64,000 bases of DNA from the sequence record NC_041917.1; one strand, written 5' to 3'. The notes under the pieces are model-generated. The model worked only from the letters and a program-made list of their open reading frames with translations. It did not search any database and was not told the DNA's origin. The translations under genes were made by a program, and so were the position numbers. Below, piece by piece: positions 10,709-20,825 of this stretch (positions are counted from its first letter, which is position 1; the number at the start of each line of letters is the position of its first letter).

Positions 10709-10736
10709 ATACCAGCTTAACCGCTGGTATTTTTTT
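10709..10736 (+). terminator. intrinsic terminator
   Basis: ATACCAGC/GCTGGTAT plus T tract. Confidence 0.85.
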
Positions 10737-10748
10737 AATTGAGATTTA

Positions 10749-10777
10749 TGGAACAGCTTAAAAAAAGCTGGTATAAT
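10749..10777 (+). promoter_or_regulatory. TGAAAC-class promoter (TGGAAC variant)
   Basis: TGGAAC-17-TATAAT with extended -10. Confidence 0.65.
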
Positions 10778-10783
10778 AGAAGT

Positions 10784-11160
10784 ACAGAAATTTAGATACA
10801 ACTCTGATTGACAAGGAACGTCCTTGATGAGTAAATGCACCTGATCCTATCGAAAACGTAGATGGCAGATGAGTAGTTCAATCAGTACGCAGAGCAGAAG
10901 AAACCCGTTAGGAGTTGGCATAGTTTGTACCACCCACGGCAATACGGCTCTATAAAGGGATATAATAGGCACACCCATGTCCCCTCGATAGATATATAAG
11001 GTCACACTTACCATTTCGCTAAGGGAGTTGACTCGAAAGAGTTGACAAGTACTGGTTTGGTCGAATAGACTCAGTACTCAGTGGAGCAATGAAAAAACTC
11101 CGACCGTTGCACATGACTGTGATAGAGAGAAACAGAGCAACCCGCTTTCGTTCTCCAAAT
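10784..11160 (+). ncRNA. candidate large structured ncRNA
   Basis: ORF-poor, GC-richer region behind its own promoter; stems CTGATTGA/TCAATCAG, GACTC-GAAA-GAGTT, AGTACTG..CAGTACT. Confidence 0.5.
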
Positions 11161-11439
11161 TAAGTACAATGAAGTTGTATCTAAAATTCAGAGAAATTCA
11201 CAATTCGACAGATTCCGACGACTATCATCGTCAGGTATATAATCAGTACACAAACGTGTACTTTTTTTACGTCTTTATTCCCCTGTGGGGGGATGAAAAT
11301 ACCTCTACAAATCTCGTCAGTATAATAGTATTAAACGTAATAAGTATTGAATTGAGTTTGTTTCAGTACAAACGAAGTGAAGTACAGAACAAACGAAAAT
11401 TCTTTGACATTCGAAGAATGGCAAATTAAAAGGATGATT

Positions 11440-12369
11440 ATGAGTAATAATTTAGATAGATCTATTGGTGCATTAGTAGGATTGGCTGTTGGTGATGCAT
11501 TAGGGACTACGTTAGAATTTCATCAACGGGATACGTATGAACCATTGACTGATATTGTTGGTGGTGGACCATTTCAATTAAATGCTGGTGAATGGACAGA
11601 TGATACCAGTATGGCTTTATGTTTAGGTCATAGTCTACTTGCTCGTTATGGATTTGATGCAAAAGACCAATTAACAAGATATTGTAATTGGATGAATTAT
11701 GGTTATATGAGTAGTACTGGTAAATGTTTTGATATTGGAACCACTACAAAAATTGCATTACGGGATTTTCTTCAACATGGTACGTTAATTAACAATCACC
11801 ACTTTTTAGATTCTGGTAATGGAAGTTTAATGCGTTTAGCTCCAATCACTATATTCTATAATACTAAAGAAATGTACTCAGAAGATTTTGTAGAATTACT
11901 GAAATATTCAGAGTTAAGTTCAAGTACTACTCATGCACATCAAATTCCAGTACAGTCATGTGTTGCATTCTCAATTATGCTAAACCGTGCCATTCATGGT
12001 TATGATAAGGTTGATATTATAGATATAGATGAACCAGAAAAATTTGGAATTTTTGATGAAAATGTTAAAAGTACAATTTGTCTTGATAATATTCTATCTA
12101 AAACACGAAATACTATCAAAAGTACTGGATATGTAATTGATTCATTGGAAGCCGCTTTATGGTGTTTCATTACAACCGATTCTTTCAAGGAAGCTGTTCT
12201 TTTAGCTGCAAACTTAGGTGATGATGCAGATACAGTAGCTGCTATCACAGGACAAATTGCAGGGGCGTACTATGGAATCAATGAAATCCCTACTGAATGG
12301 GTTAATATTATTACTGATTCTAACGAAATAATTACATTAGCAGAAAACTTATATAATTGGAGAAACTAA
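11440..12369 (+). CDS. ADP-ribosylglycohydrolase (DraG/ARH family)
   Basis: GLAVGDALG, WTDDTSM, GNGSLMRLAP and GDDADT motifs. Confidence 0.95.
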   Translation: MSNNLDRSIGALVGLAVGDALGTTLEFHQRDTYEPLTDIVGGGPFQLNAGEWTDDTSMALCLGHSLLARYGFDAKDQLTRYCNWMNYGYMSSTGKCFDIGTTTKIALRDFLQHGTLINNHHFLDSGNGSLMRLAPITIFYNTKEMYSEDFVELLKYSELSSSTTHAHQIPVQSCVAFSIMLNRAIHGYDKVDIIDIDEPEKFGIFDENVKSTICLDNILSKTRNTIKSTGYVIDSLEAALWCFITTDSFKEAVLLAANLGDDADTVAAITGQIAGAYYGINEIPTEWVNIITDSNEIITLAENLYNWRN

Positions 12370-12716
12370 TGCCTAACATGAGTTATTGTATGTTCGAGAA
12401 CACATCGAAAGATATGCAAGATATAATTGATAAAATGTATGAAGATGATTTTGATCCTGATAAACTAAGTAAAACTGAACGTAGAGCATTTGATGCTCTT
12501 TGGGATCAATGTGAAACTATTAGTGAAAGATTATCTGAACTTGACGACATGTTACAAGAACGTGCAGATGCTGAATGGGAGGAATCCGATGAAGCTCGTG
12601 AAGAAGAATATCAAATGCATAAAGCTATTGTAGGTACAGAACGTGCCAATGAAGATTTTGGAATTGATAGTACTGAAGATGATTTTTCAAGAAACACATT
12701 TACGAGGAAAGACTAA
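12369..12716 (+). CDS. hypothetical protein
   Basis: MPNMSYCMFENT start; TAATG coupling. Confidence 0.8.
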   Translation: MPNMSYCMFENTSKDMQDIIDKMYEDDFDPDKLSKTERRAFDALWDQCETISERLSELDDMLQERADAEWEESDEAREEEYQMHKAIVGTERANEDFGIDSTEDDFSRNTFTRKD

Positions 12717-12916
12717 TGTTTAATGATGAAGAACTTAAAGCATTCTATGCGGGTAAAGAACAAGGTTATAAAGCAAATGAATATAAAAATCCACATCTTG
12801 AATTTGTAAATGGTTTAGGTGGTGCCGCAGCCATTGCTGAAGATAAACTACATCAACAGTTCAAGCGTGGTTATAGTTGGGGTCAAGCTCAAAAGAACGA
12901 GGAAGATTCTAAATGA
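12716..12916 (+). CDS. hypothetical protein
   Basis: coupled ORF. Confidence 0.75.
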   Translation: MFNDEELKAFYAGKEQGYKANEYKNPHLEFVNGLGGAAAIAEDKLHQQFKRGYSWGQAQKNEEDSK

Positions 12917-13275
12917 GTCAAGAACCTTATATAAAAACTATCCGTACTATTGAGGAATTTCATTATAATCCCGAATATGGTGATGACCGTATTTGCGAAT
13001 GTGGACACTCTTATTATCGCCATTTTGATTCATATGAAGAAATGTCACCAATCGGATGTAAGTACTGTTCATGTTATGAATTTGTTGAAATACAAGATGG
13101 AAAGGATACAATTGCTGATGCTGGTGACCAAGGGTATAAAGACGGTAAAGCTGGTTTGCGATACTTAAACCCATATGCTCAATATGGTTCAGATGGACGT
13201 TGGCATGAAGCATACAAAACAAAATACAATTATGGTCTAGACACTTATCGAGATTTAGGAAACACAGATGACTAA
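12913..13275 (+). CDS. hypothetical protein with CxC/CxxCxC motifs
   Basis: coupled ORF. Confidence 0.8.
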   Translation: MSQEPYIKTIRTIEEFHYNPEYGDDRICECGHSYYRHFDSYEEMSPIGCKYCSCYEFVEIQDGKDTIADAGDQGYKDGKAGLRYLNPYAQYGSDGRWHEAYKTKYNYGLDTYRDLGNTDD

Positions 13276-13576
13276 GAACGAAGCACTAAAATTAGCAGTG
13301 GGGATGCATCAAACATTCAATAAAGCTGAAACTACTATTAGTTTAGAATTTGAATTATGTGAATACCGTTGGCGTTTTGATAGTAATGAAATTTGTTATA
13401 TTGAAGAAGATGGTACTCTTGAAGATTTTGAAGAAGGAAACTGCTATTCATTAGAAATTTGTTATATTTCATACGAAGATGAAGATTTTCTTCACGCTAA
13501 GGTTGACAACGGCTGTGGTGATCGGTATTATGTCGTTTTCCTAAAAGAAAATTTATTGCCTAATGAAGACGATTGA
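13268..13576 (+). CDS. hypothetical protein
   Basis: coupled ORF. Confidence 0.75.
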   Translation: MTKNEALKLAVGMHQTFNKAETTISLEFELCEYRWRFDSNEICYIEEDGTLEDFEEGNCYSLEICYISYEDEDFLHAKVDNGCGDRYYVVFLKENLLPNEDD

Positions 13577-13647
13577 TGATGCGTATCAGTTTGAAAAGTT
13601 ATTCTTAAAATATATTAAATCTAGTAAGTAAAATGTAAGGAATTTAT

Positions 13648-14376
13648 ATGTCTACACGTTCTAATATCAATGTTAAAGTTGGTGATAAGTACCATTCGGT
13701 ATATTGTCATTTTGATGGTTATCCAAGTGGTGTTGGTATGATGCTTGCACTACATTATAATTCACAAGAACTAGCAGAAAAATTAGTATCACATGGTGAT
13801 CTTTCTTCTGTTTATGAATCTTGTGAAAAACCAGAAGGTCATAGTTATGATACTCCAGTTAAAGGATACTGTGTGTATTATGGGAGAGATCGTGGAGAAG
13901 AAGATACTGAGTTCTCTGTGGTCGATGAACCAGTATGTGAAAATGATTTTGGTTATGTATGGGATGGTACTAAGTGGACTATCTATGGTCACGAATATGA
14001 TGAAGATGATAACATGATCGAATGGTATGGTACTCCATTGGATGAAGTACTTGGTTTAGAAGTTGCTCAAGATGATGAAATTCTTGAGGATGAAGGTACT
14101 AAAGTATTCAAGTACTTCGGTACTAATATGGATGAAGTGCAAAACATTTATAACGAATGGGATGTTACTTTCAATACACCAGATGAGCGAATGACGGATT
14201 CATATAATGAACGTATTCGTTGGATGGTTCGCCACCGCTTTGCCCCATATCAAGGAATTGATGAAGATGGCATTTGGCATCACACATTCTTTGGACGCAC
14301 TTTGTATGAAGCAGTTAGCCGTGCTAACGAATATCTACAACGTGCTAAAGATATGGAAGATGATCATCGTGGATAA
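13648..14376 (+). CDS. conserved hypothetical phage protein
   Basis: MSTRS..YCHFDGYP motif; SD AAGGA. Confidence 0.85.
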   Translation: MSTRSNINVKVGDKYHSVYCHFDGYPSGVGMMLALHYNSQELAEKLVSHGDLSSVYESCEKPEGHSYDTPVKGYCVYYGRDRGEEDTEFSVVDEPVCENDFGYVWDGTKWTIYGHEYDEDDNMIEWYGTPLDEVLGLEVAQDDEILEDEGTKVFKYFGTNMDEVQNIYNEWDVTFNTPDERMTDSYNERIRWMVRHRFAPYQGIDEDGIWHHTFFGRTLYEAVSRANEYLQRAKDMEDDHRG

Positions 14377-14605
14377 TATCTTTGAATTCCATCCAATTAG
14401 TGAGCTACGTGAGCCGTTTGATGGCTCACAAGTTTATATGAATCGGTACTGGATTGTAAAAGATGATTGTGTTTTACGGTATATAAAACATCAAGCATGG
14501 CAATGTAATGCACATGAATTTGTTATTCAATCTGCAATGAAAGATAATCCAATCTATGAAGGTTGTAGTATTGTATTTTTCCCTTACTTGTATATTCCGA
14601 GGTAA
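14360..14605 (+). CDS. hypothetical protein
   Basis: start reassigned to ATG 14360. Confidence 0.7.
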   Translation: MIIVDNIFEFHPISELREPFDGSQVYMNRYWIVKDDCVLRYIKHQAWQCNAHEFVIQSAMKDNPIYEGCSIVFFPYLYIPR

Positions 14606-14607
14606 TA

Positions 14608-14811
14608 ATGGAAGAACAATTCTTGTTCGATGAGCCGATAGAGTGCATCTATCGGGCTATACGCGGTTTAGACCGCTTGGCTGACCGAGGTATCAAACTC
14701 ACTGAAAAACGTGCTCTGGATGAGCTACAGGCCAAATTTACACAGTTCTCAAGGGATGAGCTAAAACACATTTACAACACATACGGTGTTGTTGACGATT
14801 TTCAAATTTAA
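14608..14811 (+). CDS. hypothetical protein
   Basis: SD GAGG. Confidence 0.7.
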   Translation: MEEQFLFDEPIECIYRAIRGLDRLADRGIKLTEKRALDELQAKFTQFSRDELKHIYNTYGVVDDFQI

Positions 14812-14825
14812 AATAAGGATTTAAT

Positions 14826-15827
14826 ATGTCTCATTTTACAGTACTTGTACACATCCCATTTGAAGAAGCACAAGATGGTGAAATTCAAGATTTACTAGCT
14901 GCGAAACTACAACCATTCCATGAATTTGAATGTACTGGTGTTAAAGACCAATATGTACAGGAATATGATGAAACTGAAGAACAACTTGCATCATATGAAA
15001 TCGAAACCACATCAGTAGTTTACAAAGATGGCGAAGTATTTGGTACACGTTATGGTGAACAGTGTGAACGTTTTTGGGTACGTAATGGGCTTGGTATCTC
15101 ATCTTCAGATGAATTTGTTCTCCCTGAAGGTTATGAACTACGAGAAAATGTTCCAATCAAAGAAGTTTACACTTTTGAAGAATATCTTACTTCATGGCAA
15201 GGTTATTCAATGGATGGGAACTATTCTGATTTCCGTGACGGTCGTTTCTATCGTTATACTAATCCAAATCGTAAATGGGATTGGTGGACTGTTGGTGGAC
15301 GTTGGAGCGGTCACTTCTTAACGAAAGAAGGTAATCACGAAGATATGATCCAAGTACATGATTGGGATCTTGCAGGTGCTATGGCAAATGCCGTACAAAG
15401 TTATGTACACTTCTTCGAGAAGTATGAAGCCTCTGGTTTAAATGAATTGGAATACAAATCATGGTCTGAATGTGTTGATCTTTTCAATAAAGATTATAAT
15501 GCAGCACGTGAATATTATCATTCACAAGAAATTAAAACTAAAATTCGTGAATTGTTCAGTTCACCCGAAGAAGAACAAAAGTCTTATCTATTACATGATG
15601 TTGACACCTTCTATAAAGTATCACGTGAATCATTTATTAAAGCTCGTGTCTTTAATGAAATTGGTACGTTCGCAGTACTAAGTGATGGTCAATGGGTAGA
15701 ACGTGGTGATATGGGCTGGTTTGGCATGGTCAGTGATGAAAATGCAAATTGGGATGACATTTACCTTGACAAAATCCGTGAGTTCGGTGATAATGATTAC
15801 CTAATCCTAATCGACTGTCATATCTAA
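14826..15827 (+). CDS. conserved hypothetical phage protein
   Basis: MSHF.VLV and NPN.KWDWW..GGRWSG motifs. Confidence 0.85.
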   Translation: MSHFTVLVHIPFEEAQDGEIQDLLAAKLQPFHEFECTGVKDQYVQEYDETEEQLASYEIETTSVVYKDGEVFGTRYGEQCERFWVRNGLGISSSDEFVLPEGYELRENVPIKEVYTFEEYLTSWQGYSMDGNYSDFRDGRFYRYTNPNRKWDWWTVGGRWSGHFLTKEGNHEDMIQVHDWDLAGAMANAVQSYVHFFEKYEASGLNELEYKSWSECVDLFNKDYNAAREYYHSQEIKTKIRELFSSPEEEQKSYLLHDVDTFYKVSRESFIKARVFNEIGTFAVLSDGQWVERGDMGWFGMVSDENANWDDIYLDKIREFGDNDYLILIDCHI

Positions 15828-15837
15828 CGGGTAAAAA

Positions 15838-16152
15838 ATGAAAAAAATATTGATGGCTTCTGTAATGGCACTAGCTGTTCTTAGTACTTCTGCTGTTGCA
15901 GATGATGATTTCAAAACTGTTCCATTGTGTAAAGTTCAGGTCTGTAATAAGATTGAGCGTTTCTCAATGAGTCTTTGGTCACATATGAAAGATAGTATGG
16001 GTGAAACCTGTATGGATATTGTGATACCAAAAACTGAAGCAGTTGTGGGTAATGCACTAAGTGACGAATCTCGCTGGTATCAGGGGTCATCAATTAACCC
16101 TACCAAACGTTCAGTTACTCGTGTTTCGCAAGTATACAAATGTCAGGAGTAA
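15838..16152 (+). CDS. secreted protein
   Basis: signal peptide MKKILMAS..AVA. Confidence 0.85.
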   Translation: MKKILMASVMALAVLSTSAVADDDFKTVPLCKVQVCNKIERFSMSLWSHMKDSMGETCMDIVIPKTEAVVGNALSDESRWYQGSSINPTKRSVTRVSQVYKCQE

Positions 16153-16155
16153 CTT

Positions 16156-17214
16156 ATGATTAACGGGTTATTTTTTGGAAAATTCGCCCCATTAACTGTG
16201 GGGCATATTTCAGCTATTGTACAAGCTGCAACTAAAGTTGATGAATTGTACGTAGTACTATGTTGGGATGATAAGTTTCAAAGTACTCTTACGCCTGAAC
16301 TCAAAAAAGTAATGACTTTGCGTAATCGCCAAATGTGGCTGAAAGATACTTTCAAACATATGTCTCATGTTCATATAACTTATGTAGATGAGTCACCAAT
16401 TCAATCATATCCTGATGGTGCAAAAGACTTTACTGATCTTGTTCGTAATGAACTATTCAGTACATTCAATTGCACGGTTCTGGATAAAGTATTCAGTTCA
16501 GAAACTGAGTATAATGATTACTTCAGCCAAAATTGGCCTGAATGTGAACATGTTCTCATTGATCCACCACGTGACTTTGTAGATATTAGTGCAACTCGCG
16601 TTCGCAGTAATCCTTATTTGTATTGGGATTTATTAGCACCCGCAGCACATCAACATTTTGTTAAAAAGGTTTGTATCATTGGTGTAGAAAGTACTGGCAA
16701 AAGTACTTTAACTATCAATTTGGCAAATCATTTTAGTACTCAATATGTTGAAGAAGTGGGACGTACTATTTGTGAAAATGAATACCATTGGGCAGAAAAC
16801 ATGATGAATATTGAAGATTATGTTTATGTAGCAATGGAACATAAAGTAAAAGAACACAAATATGCAAAAACAGCAAATAAAGTACTCTTTAGTGATACCA
16901 ATAATTTGATTACACTTTTTAGTGCAGAATGTATGGGTAAAACGAGTGCATTGCTTAGCCAGATGGCAAATGCTGAAGATTATGATTTAGTAATAATGCT
17001 TGACATAGACGTGCCTTGGGTGTATGATCCATTACGTCTTAACAATACACCGGAGCGGCGTCAAGAAACATTTGACCATCTCAAGTTTTTGTGTCGTGCA
17101 CATGGTGTCAAATATCATACCGTTAGTGGTGATTTTGACAATCGTTATAAAACTGCTGTTAATTTGGTTCAGCAATTACTAGAAGGTTCATTAAATGAAT
17201 GCACTGATTACTAG
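16156..17214 (+). CDS. nadR: NadR-type NMN adenylyltransferase / ribosylnicotinamide kinase
   Basis: FGKFAPLTVGH (HxGH-like), ISATRVR, P-loop GVESTGKS. Confidence 0.92.
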   Translation: MINGLFFGKFAPLTVGHISAIVQAATKVDELYVVLCWDDKFQSTLTPELKKVMTLRNRQMWLKDTFKHMSHVHITYVDESPIQSYPDGAKDFTDLVRNELFSTFNCTVLDKVFSSETEYNDYFSQNWPECEHVLIDPPRDFVDISATRVRSNPYLYWDLLAPAAHQHFVKKVCIIGVESTGKSTLTINLANHFSTQYVEEVGRTICENEYHWAENMMNIEDYVYVAMEHKVKEHKYAKTANKVLFSDTNNLITLFSAECMGKTSALLSQMANAEDYDLVIMLDIDVPWVYDPLRLNNTPERRQETFDHLKFLCRAHGVKYHTVSGDFDNRYKTAVNLVQQLLEGSLNECTDY

Positions 17215-17998
17215 TTTGAATTTATCACCAACCTTAGTATGGTCATATGCAGTATTCCTTACTTTGGTATGTGGTCTATATGTGTATCGTATTGCAGGTA
17301 CAGATCTTAAACTGACGCAAGTATTCAGTACTTGTTTCACTGACTTCAAAGGTTGGTCGTTAAAAGAATATGCATGGGCAATCATTGCACCTTCTATTAT
17401 ATTAGCTACTTCAGTAATAATGGGTGGTGGATGGATTGAATTTATCTGTTCAGTAACTGGTATCATTGGGGCAATTCTGGTTGCTAAAGGTAAGATTAGT
17501 TCTTATGTATGGGGTTTTGTAAGTACAGCCTTGTATATTTGGATCTCTTACCAGTACAAGCTATTTGGTGAAACAATTACTTATGCAATCTTGTTCTTAC
17601 CAATGCAAGTTTCAGGTTATTACTACTGGATTCGTAACAAAAAAGTACAAGATACTGATGTAATTAAAAAAGTTATGAGTACTAAACAACGTATCTGCCT
17701 ATTTGTAGGTACAGCAGTAGCTATCGCAGCTTACGCAGGTTTCTTGCGTTATCTCGAAGGCTCAATGCCAGGTTTAGATTCAGCAACCGCAATTCTATCT
17801 ATCGTTGCAACAACCTTGATGGTTATGCGTTATGCAGAGCAATGGTTAGTTTGGATTATGGTTAATACCGTTGCAGTAATTATGTGGGTTATGGCTGTTA
17901 TGCATCATCAGGATCAGGGCTTCGCAGTACTTGCAATGTGGTCTACATTCTGGTTGAACTCTGTATACGGCTGGTATCAATGGCGTAAAGGAAACTAA
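17195..17998 (+). CDS. pnuC: nicotinamide riboside transporter PnuC
   Basis: multi-TM protein, GYYYW and Y.EQW..W motifs; adjacent to nadR. Confidence 0.9.
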   Translation: MNALITSLNLSPTLVWSYAVFLTLVCGLYVYRIAGTDLKLTQVFSTCFTDFKGWSLKEYAWAIIAPSIILATSVIMGGGWIEFICSVTGIIGAILVAKGKISSYVWGFVSTALYIWISYQYKLFGETITYAILFLPMQVSGYYYWIRNKKVQDTDVIKKVMSTKQRICLFVGTAVAIAAYAGFLRYLEGSMPGLDSATAILSIVATTLMVMRYAEQWLVWIMVNTVAVIMWVMAVMHHQDQGFAVLAMWSTFWLNSVYGWYQWRKGN

Positions 17999-18000
17999 AA

Positions 18001-18246
18001 ATGAAATTGATTGAACATTCTCCAACAAAAGAAGTACAGTACTATGGTTTCACCTTCACTGTGCCTGTTTGTATCAAATATGCCGCAGTGGATGCAAATG
18101 GTACATTGATGGGTTTTGAAGATGAACCGAAAGTTGATCATGGATGGCAGTTTTGGGACAATCCAACTGCTAATGAAATGGTTGAAATGGGTAAAGTTGA
18201 TCTAGAAGGTCAAGCTTGGGAAAGTACGCTACAAGTACTTAACTAA
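18001..18246 (+). CDS. hypothetical protein
   Basis: ORF track; loosely similar to 41310..41579. Confidence 0.75.
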   Translation: MKLIEHSPTKEVQYYGFTFTVPVCIKYAAVDANGTLMGFEDEPKVDHGWQFWDNPTANEMVEMGKVDLEGQAWESTLQVLN

Positions 18247-18291
18247 TAAATTTGTACTGCATTCGTGCAGTACTTTTTAATTGAGGTTATT

Positions 18292-18528
18292 ATGTTTCTA
18301 TTATTATTGAAATACATTTTCTTTCAGTTTAAAAAATTCAAAAATAGTAGGATATTTTTCTATCTAGCTATGGGTATGCCAATTCCTCACGGTTTAACTA
18401 TATTGTTGTGTGATTTGGTATTCAACATTGAACCATATATAAAAAATGGAATATTACTTGTATTGTTGCTATTACAAGTACTTTCTATGTTAATATATTT
18501 TAAACAACTTCGTAAAGGATACCTATAA
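18292..18528 (+). CDS. small membrane protein
   Basis: SD GAGG, hydrophobic. Confidence 0.65.
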   Translation: MFLLLLKYIFFQFKKFKNSRIFFYLAMGMPIPHGLTILLCDLVFNIEPYIKNGILLVLLLLQVLSMLIYFKQLRKGYL

Positions 18529-18950
18529 TGAAATACTTCCGTGTTAATGAAGGTGATGCATCTGGTATGTCAGATTTTTGGGAGTACTTTGCACTTCAAG
18601 ATACTGATGATATTGATGAAGCAAAGGCATTGTTCGAAGAAAACAATAGCTGGGTATTCAGTCTTGATTGCCGCCGTAACCGTGCAGAAGAATTAACTGA
18701 AGAACAGTATAAAATTGGTTTACAGTTTAATCGTCTGTACGAGTATGATCACGTGCGTAATGATCGTCGTAAGAAATACAATATCTATGACACTCGTGAA
18801 ATGGCTGAAATGTTTGCAGACCGTGCACACAAATCTGGCACAGTTCGCATTGGTCATTTCAATTATCATAATGTGTATACCATTAATCAGAATGGTGAAT
18901 TTATGTTCCGTTACCATCATTGGGTGGATCGTATTGGAGTTTTGGTATGA
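18528..18950 (+). CDS. hypothetical protein
   Basis: coupled ORF. Confidence 0.75.
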   Translation: MKYFRVNEGDASGMSDFWEYFALQDTDDIDEAKALFEENNSWVFSLDCRRNRAEELTEEQYKIGLQFNRLYEYDHVRNDRRKKYNIYDTREMAEMFADRAHKSGTVRIGHFNYHNVYTINQNGEFMFRYHHWVDRIGVLV

Positions 18951-19183
18951 ATTCATCACAACTAAAGCAAGTTAAAGTTGCCGTTAGTATGTATAAAACT
19001 GATCCTGAACGGTTAAAGTTGTTGTATATGTCAGGTAGGCTACGGTTGTGTTATATTGCAATGTTCATTTTATATCTTCATTATATTCAACAGCGAACAT
19101 TTGAAAATATTCGTTCAGATTATAGCTGGGGTTCTACTGAAAAGCTTATTTGTGATTTATTCATTGATGGGGATGACGAATGA
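18947..19183 (+). CDS. hypothetical protein
   Basis: ATGA coupling. Confidence 0.7.
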   Translation: MNSSQLKQVKVAVSMYKTDPERLKLLYMSGRLRLCYIAMFILYLHYIQQRTFENIRSDYSWGSTEKLICDLFIDGDDE

Positions 19184-19491
19184 TAGAAGTTTATTATGAT
19201 GACAAAATTGGTCGGGTTATACCTGATGGTTTAGCTATTGACTATTGTACCGAGAAAGTACAAATGGGAGATTTTGTCGATACGGTTGGATCTGAGTTTT
19301 TATTAATGTCATATCGTTATGCTATGAAAATTAATAATATTCCACATGACTCTATTCGTTTCCATTTTGAACATGAGTATTATGGACATAATACTATTAT
19401 CCTTGATGAAGATTATAACATGCAATCTCCAGAGGGTGAACGTTTTTTGTATCCAGATTTAAATATTAAAATGATGATGGAGTTCTTTTGA
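19180..19491 (+). CDS. hypothetical protein (tandem paralog 1)
   Basis: similar N-terminus to the next gene. Confidence 0.75.
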   Translation: MIEVYYDDKIGRVIPDGLAIDYCTEKVQMGDFVDTVGSEFLLMSYRYAMKINNIPHDSIRFHFEHEYYGHNTIILDEDYNMQSPEGERFLYPDLNIKMMMEFF

Positions 19492-19796
19492 TGATTACTG
19501 TAATATTTGATAATGAAAATGGCATTGCACTACCAGATGTTAAAGTACAAGAATTTGCTAATAATCTAATTAGCAAAGGAGAAGGTACTGTGTATGTTAG
19601 TCAGATGTTAATCATTGATGCTATTCGTGTAGCTGTACTCAAAAATAAATTTGATCCTAAAAAGATCATTTTTGAAGTACATGATGGTGATAAAAAGACT
19701 TCCGTTAATATCGATTCTGATGCGGGGATGAGTGATTGGCACCCATTTCCTGACGTTCAGATGAAATTATTACAAATACTTGCGAGGTGGGAATGA
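19488..19796 (+). CDS. hypothetical protein (tandem paralog 2)
   Basis: ITVIFDNENGIALPD vs IEVYYDDKIGRVIPD. Confidence 0.75.
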   Translation: MMITVIFDNENGIALPDVKVQEFANNLISKGEGTVYVSQMLIIDAIRVAVLKNKFDPKKIIFEVHDGDKKTSVNIDSDAGMSDWHPFPDVQMKLLQILARWE

Positions 19797-20137
19797 CTGT
19801 AAAAAATAAAGAATTTATTCTTCGTTGTGAATGTCATGAGTTACGTGAGCATAGTATTCATGTAGCACAATACAATACAGGCGATGAATATGACGATGCG
19901 AATATTGGACAATGTTTAATGAACATGTCTATGGAAATCCGTCTTCCTTGGTATAAGCGTGTGTGGGTAGGTATCAAATATATGTTTGGCAGTACTGATC
20001 ATGTACATTTTATGGATACTATGGTTGATGTTGAAGTACTTAAAGATCTAGTGCAAAAGCTAGATGATAATCGTACTGATGAACAGAAAGCCGCAGCAAA
20101 AGAAAGTCGTGATTGGTCTAAATTCGAGATTTTGTAA
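19793..20137 (+). CDS. hypothetical protein
   Basis: coupled ORF. Confidence 0.75.
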   Translation: MTVKNKEFILRCECHELREHSIHVAQYNTGDEYDDANIGQCLMNMSMEIRLPWYKRVWVGIKYMFGSTDHVHFMDTMVDVEVLKDLVQKLDDNRTDEQKAAAKESRDWSKFEIL

Positions 20138-20505
20138 TGGAATCTTTAAATGAAATTTTAGAGCTTGACTATGTTAAGCAAACCAATTATACTTTAAATG
20201 ATTCAGTTAAAAGTGTTTGTCAGATTGAAATGAAATCAGGAACAAATGAGAAATATCTCATTATGAGCCGAATTATTGGTGAAAAAAATCAATATTGCAC
20301 CTTAATTACTGAATTCTTTACGTTGTCATATAATGGAACAACATTATCTGCAACTGATAGTGATGGGGTCATGTTAGATAATATAGATCCATCAATAACT
20401 GAAGAATGGTTTTTTCAACAATCGTGTGTTAAAAATTATAATGCTATTGAACATGAAGATATAACATTTTTAACTGATGTTTATAACATCCTTGTAAGGA
20501 AGTGA
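20137..20505 (+). CDS. hypothetical protein, EExxFQ paralog family
   Basis: ITEEWFFQQS motif. Confidence 0.75.
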   Translation: MESLNEILELDYVKQTNYTLNDSVKSVCQIEMKSGTNEKYLIMSRIIGEKNQYCTLITEFFTLSYNGTTLSATDSDGVMLDNIDPSITEEWFFQQSCVKNYNAIEHEDITFLTDVYNILVRK

Positions 20506-20825
20506 ATATGCTAAGTCCAATTTTTGAAATTATGTTAAATCCAGAACATTCCCATTCTAGATTTGAACGTTATGATGGTGTACGTAATAAACTAATCATC
20601 AGTACTTCAACACATGAATTGGAAGTTACGTTGGATTATATTAAATTGGACTTAGTACATTATAACATGAATGTAATTAATCCATTTCATGGTATTCCTA
20701 TTCATCGTGAGTTGGTTGTCATGATTGATTACGAAATATTCCTTATGTCTAATTCTGCTGAAGTATTTGGAATTACAAGGGATGATATTGTTGAAGTTTT
20801 AAGTTATTATAGGAAATTATCATGA
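20502..20825 (+). CDS. hypothetical protein
   Basis: coupled ORF. Confidence 0.7.
   Translation: MNMLSPIFEIMLNPEHSHSRFERYDGVRNKLIISTSTHELEVTLDYIKLDLVHYNMNVINPFHGIPIHRELVVMIDYEIFLMSNSAEVFGITRDDIVEVLSYYRKLS

Noticed and set aside
10820-10860. Hammerhead ribozyme (TTGATGAG...CGAAA)
   Set aside because: The core lacks the invariant CUGA and I could not form the required three stems.
11169-11439. ORF 11169..11429 and the 5' extension of the ARH gene
   Set aside because: No SD and an AT-rich regulatory-looking sequence; the ARH start is better placed at 11434 or 11440.
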